64,000 nt of DNA, taken from the NCBI GenBank assembly GCA_963779375.1, contig CAVZXW010000026.1:265360-329359 (forward strand). The letters run 5' to 3'. The notes below the pieces were generated by a model. The model saw nothing but the letters and a program-made list of their open reading frames with translations, was not told the DNA's origin and made no database searches. The position numbers were made by a program, and so were the translations under genes. Each line of letters begins with the position of its first letter. The first letter of the stretch is position 1. Shown here piece by piece: positions 43,424 to 52,613 of this stretch. Source of the DNA: an uncultured Chloroflexia bacterium. GTDB taxonomy: Bacteria; Chloroflexota; Limnocylindria; Limnocylindrales; CSP1-4.

Positions 43424-44094
43424 GCGGCGATCCTCCCGTCCCGGATGTGGATCTGCCGGTCCGCGGCGGCGGCGACCTCCGGGTCGTGGGTGATCAGGAC
43501 GATCGTCCGGCCGGACGCGTGCAGCTGGTGGAACAGCTCGATGACCTCGGCGCCGGCATGGCTGTCGAGGTTGCCGGTGGGCTCGTCGGCGAGCAGGAGC
43601 GCGGGTTCCGTCACGAGCGCCCGAGCGATCCCGACCCGTTGCTGCTGGCCGCCCGACAGCTCGGTCGGCTGATGGTGCAGGCGGTCGCCGAGCCCGAGCC
43701 GTTCGAGGGCGGCCTTCGCGCGCGCAAGCCGTTCCTGGCGCCCGATGCCCTGGTAGGCGAGCGGCGTGGCGACGTTCTCGAGCGCGCTCGTGCGGGGCAG
43801 CAGGTTGTACGACTGGAACACGAACCCGATGGAACGGCTGCGCAGCGCGGCGAGCCCGTTGTCGTCGAGCTCGTCGATGGGAGTGCCGTCGAGGACGTAC
43901 CGCCCGCCCGTGGGGCGGTCCAGGCATCCCAGGATGTTCATCATGGTCGATTTGCCGGAACCGGACGGACCGATGATGGCGACGAACTCGCCCTGCCCGA
44001 TGCTGAGGTCGACGTCGACGAGCGCGGGCACGACCACCCTCCCCAGGTCGTAGACCCGGGAGACGTTCTCCAGGTGGATGATCGGGTCGCTCAT
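43420..44094 (-). CDS. ABC transporter ATP-binding protein, MacB/LolD-type
   Basis: Walker A GPSGSGKST, signature LSGGQQQRVGIARAL, Walker B LLLADEPTGNLD. ATGA overlaps on both sides. Confidence 0.85.
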   Translation of the reverse strand: MSDPIIHLENVSRVYDLGRVVVPALVDVDLSIGQGEFVAIIGPSGSGKSTMMNILGCLDRPTGGRYVLDGTPIDELDDNGLAALRSRSIGFVFQSYNLLPRTSALENVATPLAYQGIGRQERLARAKAALERLGLGDRLHHQPTELSGGQQQRVGIARALVTEPALLLADEPTGNLDSHAGAEVIELFHQLHASGRTIVLITHDPEVAAAADRQIHIRDGRIAA

Positions 44095-46046
44095 GGCTGG
44101 CCGGCCCCACCCGCTGCGCCGCGGTTCGCGCCACCGGCGCCCCGGAAGGCGCCCCCGACGCCGACGCCACCGATCCCGCCGATGCCTCCGCCCGTGGTGG
44201 TCGTGGAGTTGAGGGCGCTGACCGAGCCGATCACGACCGACTGGCCCACGTTGATGCCGCTCTGGATCTCGGCGAGCGAACTGCTCATCAGCCCGACCTG
44301 CACCGGCACCGCCTGTGCCTGGCCGGCGCCGTCGACGATCCTGACCTCGTAGCTGCCGGACGAGCCGGCCACCGCGATCGCGGGCACCGTGATCACGTTC
44401 TGCGCCTGCGCGGTCGTCACCGCGACGCTGGCGGACATGCCCGACAGGACGGTGGCAGGGGGATTCGTGAGGGAGACGCTCACCGTGAACGTGACGACGC
44501 TGTTGGCGCCGGAGCTGGTTCCGACCGGAGTGATGGAGGTCACCGTGCCGTTGACGACCGCGTTGGGAGCGGTGACGGTGACGGTCGCCGGCTGGCCCAC
44601 CTTGAGCCCGACCACGGCGGTCTCGGCGAAGCTGGCCGACGCCTGGAGCGCGGTGGTCTGCATCGTGATCGCCCAGCCCGTGGGCGCGATGGTGCCGGGT
44701 TGGACGTTGACCGCGACGATCTGCCCGTCAGCCGGGGCGGTCAGCTTCGTGTGAGCAGCCGTGTTCTGGGCGCTCGTCAGATTGGACTGGGCCGACGAAA
44801 TGGCGGCCTTGTCGCTCGCGATCGTGGCGGACGATTGTGGTCCGGTCGACGTGGCGGCATTGGTCTCTGCGGACGACAGCGACAGCTGCGACTGGGCCAG
44901 CGTGTCGCTCTGCTGGATCTTCGCCGCCGCAAGTCGCTGCTGCGCGGCGGTCAGGTTCTGCTGTGCCGTCGTGACGGCCTGCTGGGCGCTCTGGATCGCC
45001 GTGCTCGACGGCGTGGTGTTGGCGTTGTAGTTGGCCTGGGCGCTCGTGAGGCCGTTCTGTGCGGAGGTCACGGCGTTGGCCGCCTGCTGCTCGGCAGTCT
45101 GAGCATTCAACTGCGCCGAGGCGAGTGCGTTCTGGGCGGAGACGACGCCCTGTTGCGCCGCAGCGACCGCAGCCTGGTCCTTGGCGATCGTCGCCTGGTC
45201 CGGCGGCGTGGTCACTTGCGGGTCCCCGGTGACGATTGGCTGCGAGTCCTTGCTCAGCTGCGCCTGGGCGTCCGCGAGGGTCACTTGGGCGTTCGACACC
45301 GCCTGCTGCGCGCTCTGGATCGCAAGCTGGTCCTTGGCCTGCTGTGCCGTCTGTGCCTGCTGGGCCTGCTGGAGCGACAGCTGGGCATTGTTGAGGGACG
45401 CTTGCTGTGCCGTCACCGTGTCAGTGTTGGGACCGGCCTGCGCCTGCGCAAGCGCGGCCTGCGCGTTCGTGAGCGCGGTCTGCGCCTGCTGGACGGACAG
45501 CTGGTCCGACTGCAGGGTGATGTTGGCGTTGTGCTGCGCGGAAGTCAGGGACTGGTTCGCCTGGTTGATCGCGTTCTGCGCAGATGCGATCACGCTCGCG
45601 GCGGGATGGCCCTCGTCGATCGTGAGCTTCGCCTGGGCCGCGGCGAGATTGGCCTTGGCGACGGCGACCGCGACGTTGGCATTCGTCGGGTCCGCGGTGG
45701 CGAGCACGGTCCCCTTGGTCACCGCCTGGCCGACCTGCGCGGCCACCGTCTTGACGACCCACGTGGTTGCTGTGGTCGCCGAGGAGGTGGTCGTCGTGGA
45801 AGCACTGGAGATGACTTCCGGGTCGGCGCCGAAGCTCAGGCCGTAGGCGGCCGTGGAGGCGACGGTCCCCGTGGCCACGGACTGCACCGCCACCGTCCCC
45901 CGGGCTGCCGTTGCCGTCAGGTACTGGGGAGCCGCGGACGCCGTGAGGTTGGGGCCGAAGACGGCGAAGCCGACGGCGCCGACACCCACGAGGATCATCA
46001 CCACGGCGCCGATCAACTTGAGGTTCATGCGTATCCCTTCGAGCAA
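44091..46046 (-). CDS. HlyD/MacA-like periplasmic adaptor (membrane fusion protein) with a ~400-aa Gln/Ala-rich coiled coil and a C-terminal Gly-rich tail
   Basis: N-terminal TM, long heptad-like QAQ/AQQ repeats, C-terminal beta-barrel/lipoyl-like hairpin VGQPATVTV...GTVTSITP. Confidence 0.65.
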   Translation of the reverse strand: MLEGIRMNLKLIGAVVMILVGVGAVGFAVFGPNLTASAAPQYLTATAARGTVAVQSVATGTVASTAAYGLSFGADPEVISSASTTTTSSATTATTWVVKTVAAQVGQAVTKGTVLATADPTNANVAVAVAKANLAAAQAKLTIDEGHPAASVIASAQNAINQANQSLTSAQHNANITLQSDQLSVQQAQTALTNAQAALAQAQAGPNTDTVTAQQASLNNAQLSLQQAQQAQTAQQAKDQLAIQSAQQAVSNAQVTLADAQAQLSKDSQPIVTGDPQVTTPPDQATIAKDQAAVAAAQQGVVSAQNALASAQLNAQTAEQQAANAVTSAQNGLTSAQANYNANTTPSSTAIQSAQQAVTTAQQNLTAAQQRLAAAKIQQSDTLAQSQLSLSSAETNAATSTGPQSSATIASDKAAISSAQSNLTSAQNTAAHTKLTAPADGQIVAVNVQPGTIAPTGWAITMQTTALQASASFAETAVVGLKVGQPATVTVTAPNAVVNGTVTSITPVGTSSGANSVVTFTVSVSLTNPPATVLSGMSASVAVTTAQAQNVITVPAIAVAGSSGSYEVRIVDGAGQAQAVPVQVGLMSSSLAEIQSGINVGQSVVIGSVSALNSTTTTGGGIGGIGGVGVGGAFRGAGGANRGAAGGAGQP

Positions 46047-46195
46047 GAGATGGAGTGGCCCGGCCTCGACAGAGTCCGCACGGGCGTGACGTCCGGGCCG
46101 GGGGGATGATGGAGCGGGACGAGGCCCGGCCTCCGTCCCGCTCGTCCCATCGTCGATCCCAGGCGTCGCTCCCTGCGTGTCCCCGACGTGCCGCC

Positions 46196-47383
46196 CTACG
46201 CGGCGGGTGCTGCCGACAGGAGTGCCTTTGCCGCGTTGACCGGCACGGCGAACCCGACACCCTGCGCCCCGCTGGCCTGGGCGTCGATGAGGCCGATGAC
46301 CTTCCCCGATGCGTCGAGGAGCGGTCCGCCGCTGTTGCCGGGGTTGATCGCCGCATCGGTCTGGATGAGGCCCGTCAGCTGCGTCTGCTGCCGCGAGCCC
46401 GTCTCCGACACCGTGATGCTCCGGTTGAGTGCGGAGACGATCCCGTTCGTCACCGTGTCGTAGAAGGTGCCGAGCGGGCTGCCGACGGCGATCGCCAGCT
46501 GGCCGACCGTGAGGTTGCTCGAGTCACCAAGCGGGAGCGGAACGAGGCCCGTGGCCGCGGCCTTGATGAGGGCGACGTCGTGCTGCGGGTCAGTCGAGAC
46601 GACGGTGGCGGGGACCTGGCGGCCGCTGGGCAGCGTGACCGTGAACGAGGTGCCGCCGGCGACGACGTGATTGGCGGTCAGGATCAGGCCGTCCGCCGAG
46701 ACCACGAACCCGGATCCGACGCCGGTCTCCGGCACGGAGAACGGCGAGTAACCACTGCTCAGGCCGGTGGTGGTGATGGTCACGACCGACTTGCTGGCCT
46801 CCGCGGCCACCTGGACGATGGCGTCGCTCGTGCTCGTCGTCGCGGGCGCGGAGCTGGATGCGGCAACGGAGGAGGCCAGCCTCGCCGTCGGGGCGTTCGG
46901 CGACTGCTGCGGGGCCGTCAGCGCAACGACCGCGTAGGTGCCGCCGGACGAGAGTGCGGCGGAAAGCACGGCCGCGGCGAGGACGGCGCCGACGGGCACG
47001 CGGCGGCGCCGGCGGGGTGCCGGGACCGGAGCGGGTGCCGACCAGGAGGGAGAACCGGCCGCATCTCCCGCGGCGGGCTCGGTGGCTGATGGCCCCGCGG
47101 CCGCCTGTCCGGCCCAGGGGCCGAGCGCGGTCGCCGGCGAGACGGGCGCGGACTCGCTCCAGCCCGGGCCGGCAGGATCGGCATCGGGCAACCCGGCCCC
47201 GGCCGTGCCGTCGGCCGTCTGCCACGCCGGCCACTGCAGCTCCGGCCCCGCGGAATCGGCCTCGTGTCCGGCGGTACCGGCTTCGTGGGCGAGCGCGGGC
47301 GAGGTGGATTGCTCGGGCTGCCAGGTGGGGAGATCGGGCGATGCGGCGTCTGCCGCGGACGGGATCTTCTCGTGGTCTTCCAT
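46196..47383 (-). CDS. Membrane-anchored S1C (HtrA/DegP-like) trypsin-type serine protease without an obvious PDZ domain
   Basis: GSGFVVSADGLILTANHVV (catalytic His), DVALIK (Asp), NPGNSGGPLLD (Ser) catalytic triad. Pro/Ala-rich N-terminus and a TM. Confidence 0.75.
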   Translation of the reverse strand: MEDHEKIPSAADAASPDLPTWQPEQSTSPALAHEAGTAGHEADSAGPELQWPAWQTADGTAGAGLPDADPAGPGWSESAPVSPATALGPWAGQAAAGPSATEPAAGDAAGSPSWSAPAPVPAPRRRRRVPVGAVLAAAVLSAALSSGGTYAVVALTAPQQSPNAPTARLASSVAASSSAPATTSTSDAIVQVAAEASKSVVTITTTGLSSGYSPFSVPETGVGSGFVVSADGLILTANHVVAGGTSFTVTLPSGRQVPATVVSTDPQHDVALIKAAATGLVPLPLGDSSNLTVGQLAIAVGSPLGTFYDTVTNGIVSALNRSITVSETGSRQQTQLTGLIQTDAAINPGNSGGPLLDASGKVIGLIDAQASGAQGVGFAVPVNAAKALLSAAPAA

Positions 47384-47461
47384 GTTGTCAGGACTCCAGG
47401 TGCTGGGCTCTCATGCGGATCCTCGTCATCCCTGCCGCATGTTGTACAGCGCTGGGCTGAA

Positions 47462-48340
47462 TCAATCCTGAAAACGTTCGGCGTCGTCGCGGTCCCCGGA
47501 GATGCGCTCGCCCGGGACCGCCGGGTCACGCTCGAGCCACTGATCGATCTCCGGCGTGAGGAGCACTCGGCCGTCGTCCGTGATCCCGTACGCGCCGTAT
47601 CCGGGATTCAGCGCGACCCACGCGAGGCCGTCGATGCCCATCGCGAACGCCGTCGTGGCATACGCATCGGCGTAGGTCAGCGAGGGCCCGACCACCGACA
47701 CGCTCAGGAGCCCGCGCGGCGGCCGGCCGGTGTGGGGGTCGATGATGTGTTCGCCGCGCTCGTAGACGCCCGACGTCGCGACCGCGCCGTCCGACAGCAC
47801 CAAGACGGCGGCGAGCCGGTCCACCAGGGCCGGGTGCCGGATGCCGACGCGCCACGGAACGCCCGGCGCGATGCCGCCGCGAACCAGCACGTCGCCGCCG
47901 GCGTCGATCGCGAAACGGGTCGCCCCGGCTTCCCCGAGCATCCAGCCGGCCTCCTCGACCGCCCACCCTTTCACGAGGCCGGTCGGGTCGGGGCCCTGCG
48001 CCCGTCGATATCCCCTGGCGTCGAAGTAGCCATCGCTCGTGCGGAACAGGTCGTCGCAGACCGCCAGCACCAGCCGGACGTCGCTGCTGCAGTCCGCCTC
48101 GCACAGCTCCCCACGACCCAGCCGGCTGATCTCGCTGTCCGGACGGTACGTGCTGAACCGCGCGTCGACCTCCCGCAGGTACGCGAATGCGGCCTCGACG
48201 TCCTTCGAGTCGAGCGCGCCCTCGCGCACGTCCAGGCTGATCGCCGTGCCCATGATGTGCTCGACGCGACGGAACGGGGGACTGCCGGCAGGCGGCCGCG
48301 GGCCCGCCGCCGTGCCCGGCGAGGTGTCGCGGAGCGACAT
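47462..48340 (-). CDS. apbE: FAD:protein FMN transferase (ApbE family); start trimmed to ATG 48340
   Basis: HIMGTAISLDV...FSTYRPDSEISRL...AKGWAVEEA...IDAGGD...TSGVYERGEHIIDPHTG are ApbE signature blocks. Confidence 0.8.
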   Translation of the reverse strand: MSLRDTSPGTAAGPRPPAGSPPFRRVEHIMGTAISLDVREGALDSKDVEAAFAYLREVDARFSTYRPDSEISRLGRGELCEADCSSDVRLVLAVCDDLFRTSDGYFDARGYRRAQGPDPTGLVKGWAVEEAGWMLGEAGATRFAIDAGGDVLVRGGIAPGVPWRVGIRHPALVDRLAAVLVLSDGAVATSGVYERGEHIIDPHTGRPPRGLLSVSVVGPSLTYADAYATTAFAMGIDGLAWVALNPGYGAYGITDDGRVLLTPEIDQWLERDPAVPGERISGDRDDAERFQD

Positions 48341-48342
48341 GA

Positions 48343-48921
48343 TCAGGCGACGGCCTGGTCGAGCGCCGCCTGCAACGACTGCGCGTAGGCCTCGCTCGTG
48401 TAGGTCGCGCCGGACACCAGGTTGATCTGCGCGGTCTGCACCTGCAGGACCTCCTGCAGGAGCATGGGCGCGACGTACTGGCTGATCATCTGCGACCGCG
48501 CGTGGGCCGTCGGCATCTGGAGCGGCTGCACGTCGGTGATCTTGCCGCCCTTGATCGTCACCTGGACCTGCACGTTCCCGAACGGGATCTGGACCGTGGA
48601 GCCCGTGAACGTGCCGCTCTTGAGCGTTGCGGATGCGGACTGCCCCGTGGACGATGACCCGGAGCCGGACGACCCCGATGCGGCGGAGGCGGACGAACCC
48701 GACGGAGGCGCAGATGCGGCCGACGGGCCGGTACTCGCGGCGACCGGCGGCGTCGATGCCGACGAGGACTGCCCGTTCACGCCGACGGTGCTTCCCGTGA
48801 CAGGCTGCCCGACCACGACCGACGTGGTTCCGAGCGGGGCGGACGGAGTCTTGAAGTTCAGGAGGAGCGCAAGCGCCATCGCCGTGGTGGCGATCGCCGC
48901 GAGGGCGCGTCGTGGAAGCAT
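48343..48921 (-). CDS. Membrane-anchored FMN-binding-domain protein, the predicted ApbE flavinylation substrate; GGAGG RBS
   Basis: FMN_bind motif GTFTGSTVQIPFGNVQVQVTIKGGKITDV and flavinylation site LVSGATYTSEAY. N-terminal TM and Ser/Gly-rich linker. Confidence 0.7.
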   Translation of the reverse strand: MLPRRALAAIATTAMALALLLNFKTPSAPLGTTSVVVGQPVTGSTVGVNGQSSSASTPPVAASTGPSAASAPPSGSSASAASGSSGSGSSSTGQSASATLKSGTFTGSTVQIPFGNVQVQVTIKGGKITDVQPLQMPTAHARSQMISQYVAPMLLQEVLQVQTAQINLVSGATYTSEAYAQSLQAALDQAVA

Positions 48922-48935
48922 GAGGGTCCTCCGGT

Positions 48936-50318
48936 TCAGAACGCGAAGCGTTCGTCGTGGATCTGCGCGTCGGGCACATGCAGCGCCCGCAGGCTGCGTC
49001 GGACGGTGTCCATCATCGGGACGGGCCCGCACACGTAGACATCTCGCTGGTGCACGTCCGGGACGAGGCGACGCAGCGATCGGGGCTCGAACGGGTCGCG
49101 CGGCATCTCCGGCGTGCCGCGGTGGCCCACGAGGTAGTGGACCGTCGCGCCGCGCAGCCTGGCAAGCTGGTCGAACTCGCGCTCGAACACCAGGTCCCGT
49201 GCGCCGCGCGTGCGGTACAGCAGCGTGAGGTCGCCGCGCCCCGCGGGCAGGTCCTCGAGGAGGGCCCGGAGCGGCGTGACGCCGATGCCGCCGGCGATGA
49301 GCAGGACACGTGGCCGGGTTCGGGCCGCGCCGGTGAGCGCGCCGTACGGGCCCTCGACGAACACCGGCGTGCCGATGCGCATGCGCTGGAGCTTCGCCGT
49401 GTAGTCGCCCCGGCCCTTGACCGTGATGCGAAGGAAGCGGCCGTTCGGAGCCGCCGACAGCGAGAACGGGTGACTGCGCCACCAGTCATCGCGCGTGAGG
49501 AACCGCCAGCGGAACCACTGGCCGGCACGCACCGCGAGCTGGTCGAGGTCGCGGCCGGTCACGTAGATCGAGACCACGCCGGGCGATTCCTGCACCACGT
49601 TCGCCACGCGCAGCCGATGGCGCAGCGACAGCGCAACCGGCTGGCCGAACCGGAAGACGAGCATCAGCGTCGCGGCAACGACGTACAGCCCGATCCAGTA
49701 CAGCCGCGCGACGGGATCTCCCAGGAAGTCCGTGCCGACGATCAGCTGGTGCATGAACGCCAGGGCGATCGCGAGATACGCGTAGAGATGAATGCCGTAC
49801 CACGTCTCGTACGAGAGCCGGCGACGCGCGATCGCAACCGATGTGATGCCGATCGCCACGAGCAGCGCCATGCCCGCCGTGGCCATCAGGACGTACGGGT
49901 ACGTGGTCAGCACCGTGACGGTCTCGGCGGGGATCCCGCTGCCGTCGGCGACGGCGTACCCGGAGATCGTCAGGACGCCGTGGGCCGCGAGGAGCAGGAT
50001 GGCCGAGAAACCCACCCAGCGGTGCAGCGTCGCCACGCGGTCCGCCCCGAAGAGCTGGTCCAGCCACGGGCTGCGGGACATGAGCACCAGCTGGATCAGC
50101 ACCAGGTAGGTGCCATAGAGGGCAGCGATCTCCCCCGCGGCCGTCAGGATCCCGCTCGGCGAGTGCATCTGGATGAGCTGGCCGTGGCGGACCCACATGG
50201 CGCCGATCAGGACGGCGTTCCCGAGCACGAGCGCGGCCACGTCCACGCCACGGATCGACCACGTTCGTGGCAGAGGGACGCGGCGGGCGGGGCGGGCGGT
50301 TGCGGTCATGTGGGCCAT
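48936..50318 (-). CDS. Ferric-reductase-like transmembrane component fused to a ferredoxin-NADP-reductase-type FAD/NAD(P)-binding domain (FRE/NOX/MsrQ-like)
   Basis: Six TM helices with paired His (HRWVGF, HLYAYLAIALAFMH), then FAD site RSHPFSLS and NAD site LIAGGIGVTP...VYVCGPVPM. Confidence 0.75.
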   Translation of the reverse strand: MAHMTATARPARRVPLPRTWSIRGVDVAALVLGNAVLIGAMWVRHGQLIQMHSPSGILTAAGEIAALYGTYLVLIQLVLMSRSPWLDQLFGADRVATLHRWVGFSAILLLAAHGVLTISGYAVADGSGIPAETVTVLTTYPYVLMATAGMALLVAIGITSVAIARRRLSYETWYGIHLYAYLAIALAFMHQLIVGTDFLGDPVARLYWIGLYVVAATLMLVFRFGQPVALSLRHRLRVANVVQESPGVVSIYVTGRDLDQLAVRAGQWFRWRFLTRDDWWRSHPFSLSAAPNGRFLRITVKGRGDYTAKLQRMRIGTPVFVEGPYGALTGAARTRPRVLLIAGGIGVTPLRALLEDLPAGRGDLTLLYRTRGARDLVFEREFDQLARLRGATVHYLVGHRGTPEMPRDPFEPRSLRRLVPDVHQRDVYVCGPVPMMDTVRRSLRALHVPDAQIHDERFAF

Positions 50319-50421
50319 CCAGGTACGTGCGGTCGCGCGACCGCGATGTGTCGTGGTCAGATGCTGGCCCTCGTTCCTTAAGCCCAGCTGAAAGCCGGGC
50401 GGGCGTCCCGGTAAGGGCCGG

Positions 50422-50443
50422 TGAACGATCCTTCACGCGTTCA
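50422..50443. promoter_or_regulatory. Inverted repeat TGAACG-N10-CGTTCA, 34 bp upstream of the ECF sigma start
   Basis: Read from the sequence at 50422..50427 and 50438..50443. Confidence 0.3.
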
Positions 50444-50476
50444 CGAACCCCGGGGTGGCGCGTCACACTTGGCGTG

Positions 50477-51055
50477 ATGACCGCCGTACCCGACGCGACC
50501 CCGTTCGAACAGGGTGTCCCGCCTGCCGTCCTCGAGCCGCCGCCGTTCGAGGAAGTCGTCGCCGCGCACGAGGTCGAGCTCTACCGCTTCCTGCGCCGGC
50601 TGGCCCCGTCCGCCGAAGACGCCGCCGATCTGCACCAGGAGATGTTCCTCCGCGCGTTCCGGGCCTACCCGCGGCTCGACCGCGACGCCAACGTGCGCGC
50701 GTGGCTCTACCGGATCGCCGGCAACCTCGCCCGCGACGCCCACCGCCGGCGCGCCGTGCGGGCGGCCGTCGGAGCCGGACCCCTCGACGAACACGCAGGC
50801 GCGGCAACGGACCCGCGCGCCGATCCCGCCGCCCACGCCGGCGCCGCCGAGACGCGGCGGGCGGTCCGGGACGCCCTGCTCGACCTCACCGCACGGCAGC
50901 GCGTGGCGGTCGTCCGGCGCGTGCTGGAGGGCGGCGACTACGCGGACGTCGCCGAGGCGCTCGGGTGCACCGAACCGACGGCCAGGCAGCACGTCAGCCA
51001 GGGGCTGCGCCGGCTGCGTGCCGTCCTGTCCGCACGACTGGAGATCGACCGATGA
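50477..51055 (+). CDS. ECF-type sigma-70 family RNA polymerase sigma factor; start trimmed to ATG 50477
   Basis: Region 2 ELYRFLRRLAPSAEDAADLHQEMFLRAFRAY...WLYRIAGNLARD and region 4 LTARQRVAVVRRVLEGGDYADVAEALGCTEPTARQHVSQGLRRLR. Confidence 0.75.
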   Translation: MTAVPDATPFEQGVPPAVLEPPPFEEVVAAHEVELYRFLRRLAPSAEDAADLHQEMFLRAFRAYPRLDRDANVRAWLYRIAGNLARDAHRRRAVRAAVGAGPLDEHAGAATDPRADPAAHAGAAETRRAVRDALLDLTARQRVAVVRRVLEGGDYADVAEALGCTEPTARQHVSQGLRRLRAVLSARLEIDR

Positions 51056-51747
51056 CGCCGAACCGCGACGATGGATGGGAGGATGCGATGGGACGATGGT
51101 TGCGCGGGACGGATCCGCTGCCCGGCCACGATGCGCTTGCCCGCGAGCTGGACGCGGCGCTGCCGCGCACCCGGGCGGCGCTCGGAACGGTCGTCGCGGC
51201 GTACATCCGGGAGCCCGCGCCGTGGGGCGTGGTTCACGTCGCGGCCTCGGCCCGCGGCATCGTCTCGATCGAGCTGGTCTCCGACACCGACGAGTTCGCA
51301 GCCGGCCTGTCGCGCCGGCTCGGAGGCGCCGTGGTGCCCGACGCACCCGGCCTCCCGGCCGCCATGCGTGACGCGCTCGCCGCCGCTCGCGTCGAGCTCG
51401 AGGAGTACTTCGCGGGCGGGCGAACCGGCTTCGACCTGGCGGTCGACCTGCAGGGCGTCTCCGACTGGGACCGCCTGGTGCTGGACGGCGCCAGGCGACT
51501 CGCGTACGGCGAGGTGACGAGCTACGGGGCGCTGGCGAGGGCCATCGGGCGGCCGCGTGCGGCACGTGCGGTCGGAGGCGCGCTCGGGCGCAACCCGGTG
51601 CCGGTCGTGATCCCCTGCCACCGGATCCTGGCCGCGAACGGCACGCTCGGCGGGTACGGGGGCGGCGGCCATGCCCCGCACGAGGTGATGCTGGACGTCA
51701 AGCGGCGGCTGCTCAGCCTCGAGGGGGCACCTGTCGCCGCGGACTGA
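51052..51747 (+). CDS. ogt: Methylated-DNA-[protein]-cysteine S-methyltransferase (Ogt/MGMT family) with an N-terminal Methyltransf_1N-like domain
   Basis: YGEVTSYGALARAIGRPRAARAVGGALGRNPVPVVIPCHRILAANGTLGGYGGG carries the PCHR active site. ATGA overlap with the sigma factor stop. Confidence 0.75.
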   Translation: MTPNRDDGWEDAMGRWLRGTDPLPGHDALARELDAALPRTRAALGTVVAAYIREPAPWGVVHVAASARGIVSIELVSDTDEFAAGLSRRLGGAVVPDAPGLPAAMRDALAAARVELEEYFAGGRTGFDLAVDLQGVSDWDRLVLDGARRLAYGEVTSYGALARAIGRPRAARAVGGALGRNPVPVVIPCHRILAANGTLGGYGGGGHAPHEVMLDVKRRLLSLEGAPVAAD

Positions 51748-51824
51748 GGCCGCAGCGCGCCGCGACGTCGTTCAGTGGACGTGGCCGCCGCCCGGTGCGG
51801 CGCCGGATCGCGCCGCCGGCCGGA

Positions 51825-52097
51825 CTACCAGTCGAACTCGCCCTCCTCGATGCGGCCCTGCTGCTCCTCGCTCAGCGACGGCCAGATCCCGTCCATCAGC
51901 TCGCGGATCTGGACGGCCGCCTCGCGATCTCCGGTCTGGTCGGCCGCCCGCAGCAGGCGCGCGAGCTCGGCGTAGTCGGCGAGGGTGGCGTCCTGATCGA
52001 CCGCGCGGGCCGCGTCGGCTTCGGCCGTGCCCTCGGGGTCGTCGTCGTTCAGTTCCTGCACGAGGTGGGACAGGCGGGGCTGCTCGGGTGCGGGCAT
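51825..52097 (-). CDS. hypothetical acidic 90-aa protein; GGAGGTG RBS
   Basis: MPAPEQPRLSHLVQELNDDDPEG...IEEGEFDW. No recognisable family. Same strand as, and downstream of, the peptidase and por genes. Confidence 0.35.
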   Translation of the reverse strand: MPAPEQPRLSHLVQELNDDDPEGTAEADAARAVDQDATLADYAELARLLRAADQTGDREAAVQIRELMDGIWPSLSEEQQGRIEEGEFDW

Positions 52098-52189
52098 GCT
52101 GCACCTCCGGTGGGGTGGGGGGGTAGCGCGGGGACAGGGTACGCGGGCGGGCGTGGACATGACAGGGCTTGTCGGCCCGTCGCGTCCGT

Positions 52190-52612
52190 TCAGGGACGGG
52201 GTATGGGCCGGATCGGGTAGACGCCGACGACGACCCGGACATCCGGGTCCAACGACAGTTCGACGCCGATCTCGCCCTGCCGGATCAGCTCCTGGATGAG
52301 GGCCCCCTCCCGCGGTGGCAGCCCCACGTAGGTGGCCCCATCCGGCGTCTCGAGGCGCGACACGTCGTCCGACTCGCCGGCCAGCTCGAAGCGGCGCCGC
52401 AGCTCGTGGAGGGGGACGTAAGGGCGCGATTTGATGAAGCGCCGGAGCTGCGCGGCCGTGCATCCCCGCGGGATCGGGTCTGTTTCCAACGCCGGGTCGG
52501 GTGACGCAACGGGTGGAGCGGCCGACGCGGCAGGCCGGTCGGGGGCTGCCGGTCGGTCGGGGGCTGCCGGTCGGTCGGGCAGTGCCGGTCGGTCGTGGAT
52601 GCCGGGCTCCAT
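52190..52612 (-). CDS. hypothetical 140-aa protein with a DRPAAP x3 repeat N-terminus and a conserved-looking C-terminal domain
   Basis: ATG 52612 lies 1 nt after the peptidase stop (TGACATG). C-terminal TAAQLRRFIKSRPYVPLHELRRRFELAGESDDVSRLETPDGATYVGLPPREGALIQELIRQGEIGVEL. Confidence 0.35.
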   Translation of the reverse strand: MEPGIHDRPALPDRPAAPDRPAAPDRPAASAAPPVASPDPALETDPIPRGCTAAQLRRFIKSRPYVPLHELRRRFELAGESDDVSRLETPDGATYVGLPPREGALIQELIRQGEIGVELSLDPDVRVVVGVYPIRPIPRP

Positions 52613-52613
52613 G

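Noticed and set aside
50415-50476. ECF-type GGAAC-N16/17-CGTT promoter upstream of the sigma factor gene
   Set aside because: The GAAC and GTT elements are present but at the wrong spacing (N12). Only the inverted repeat is reported.
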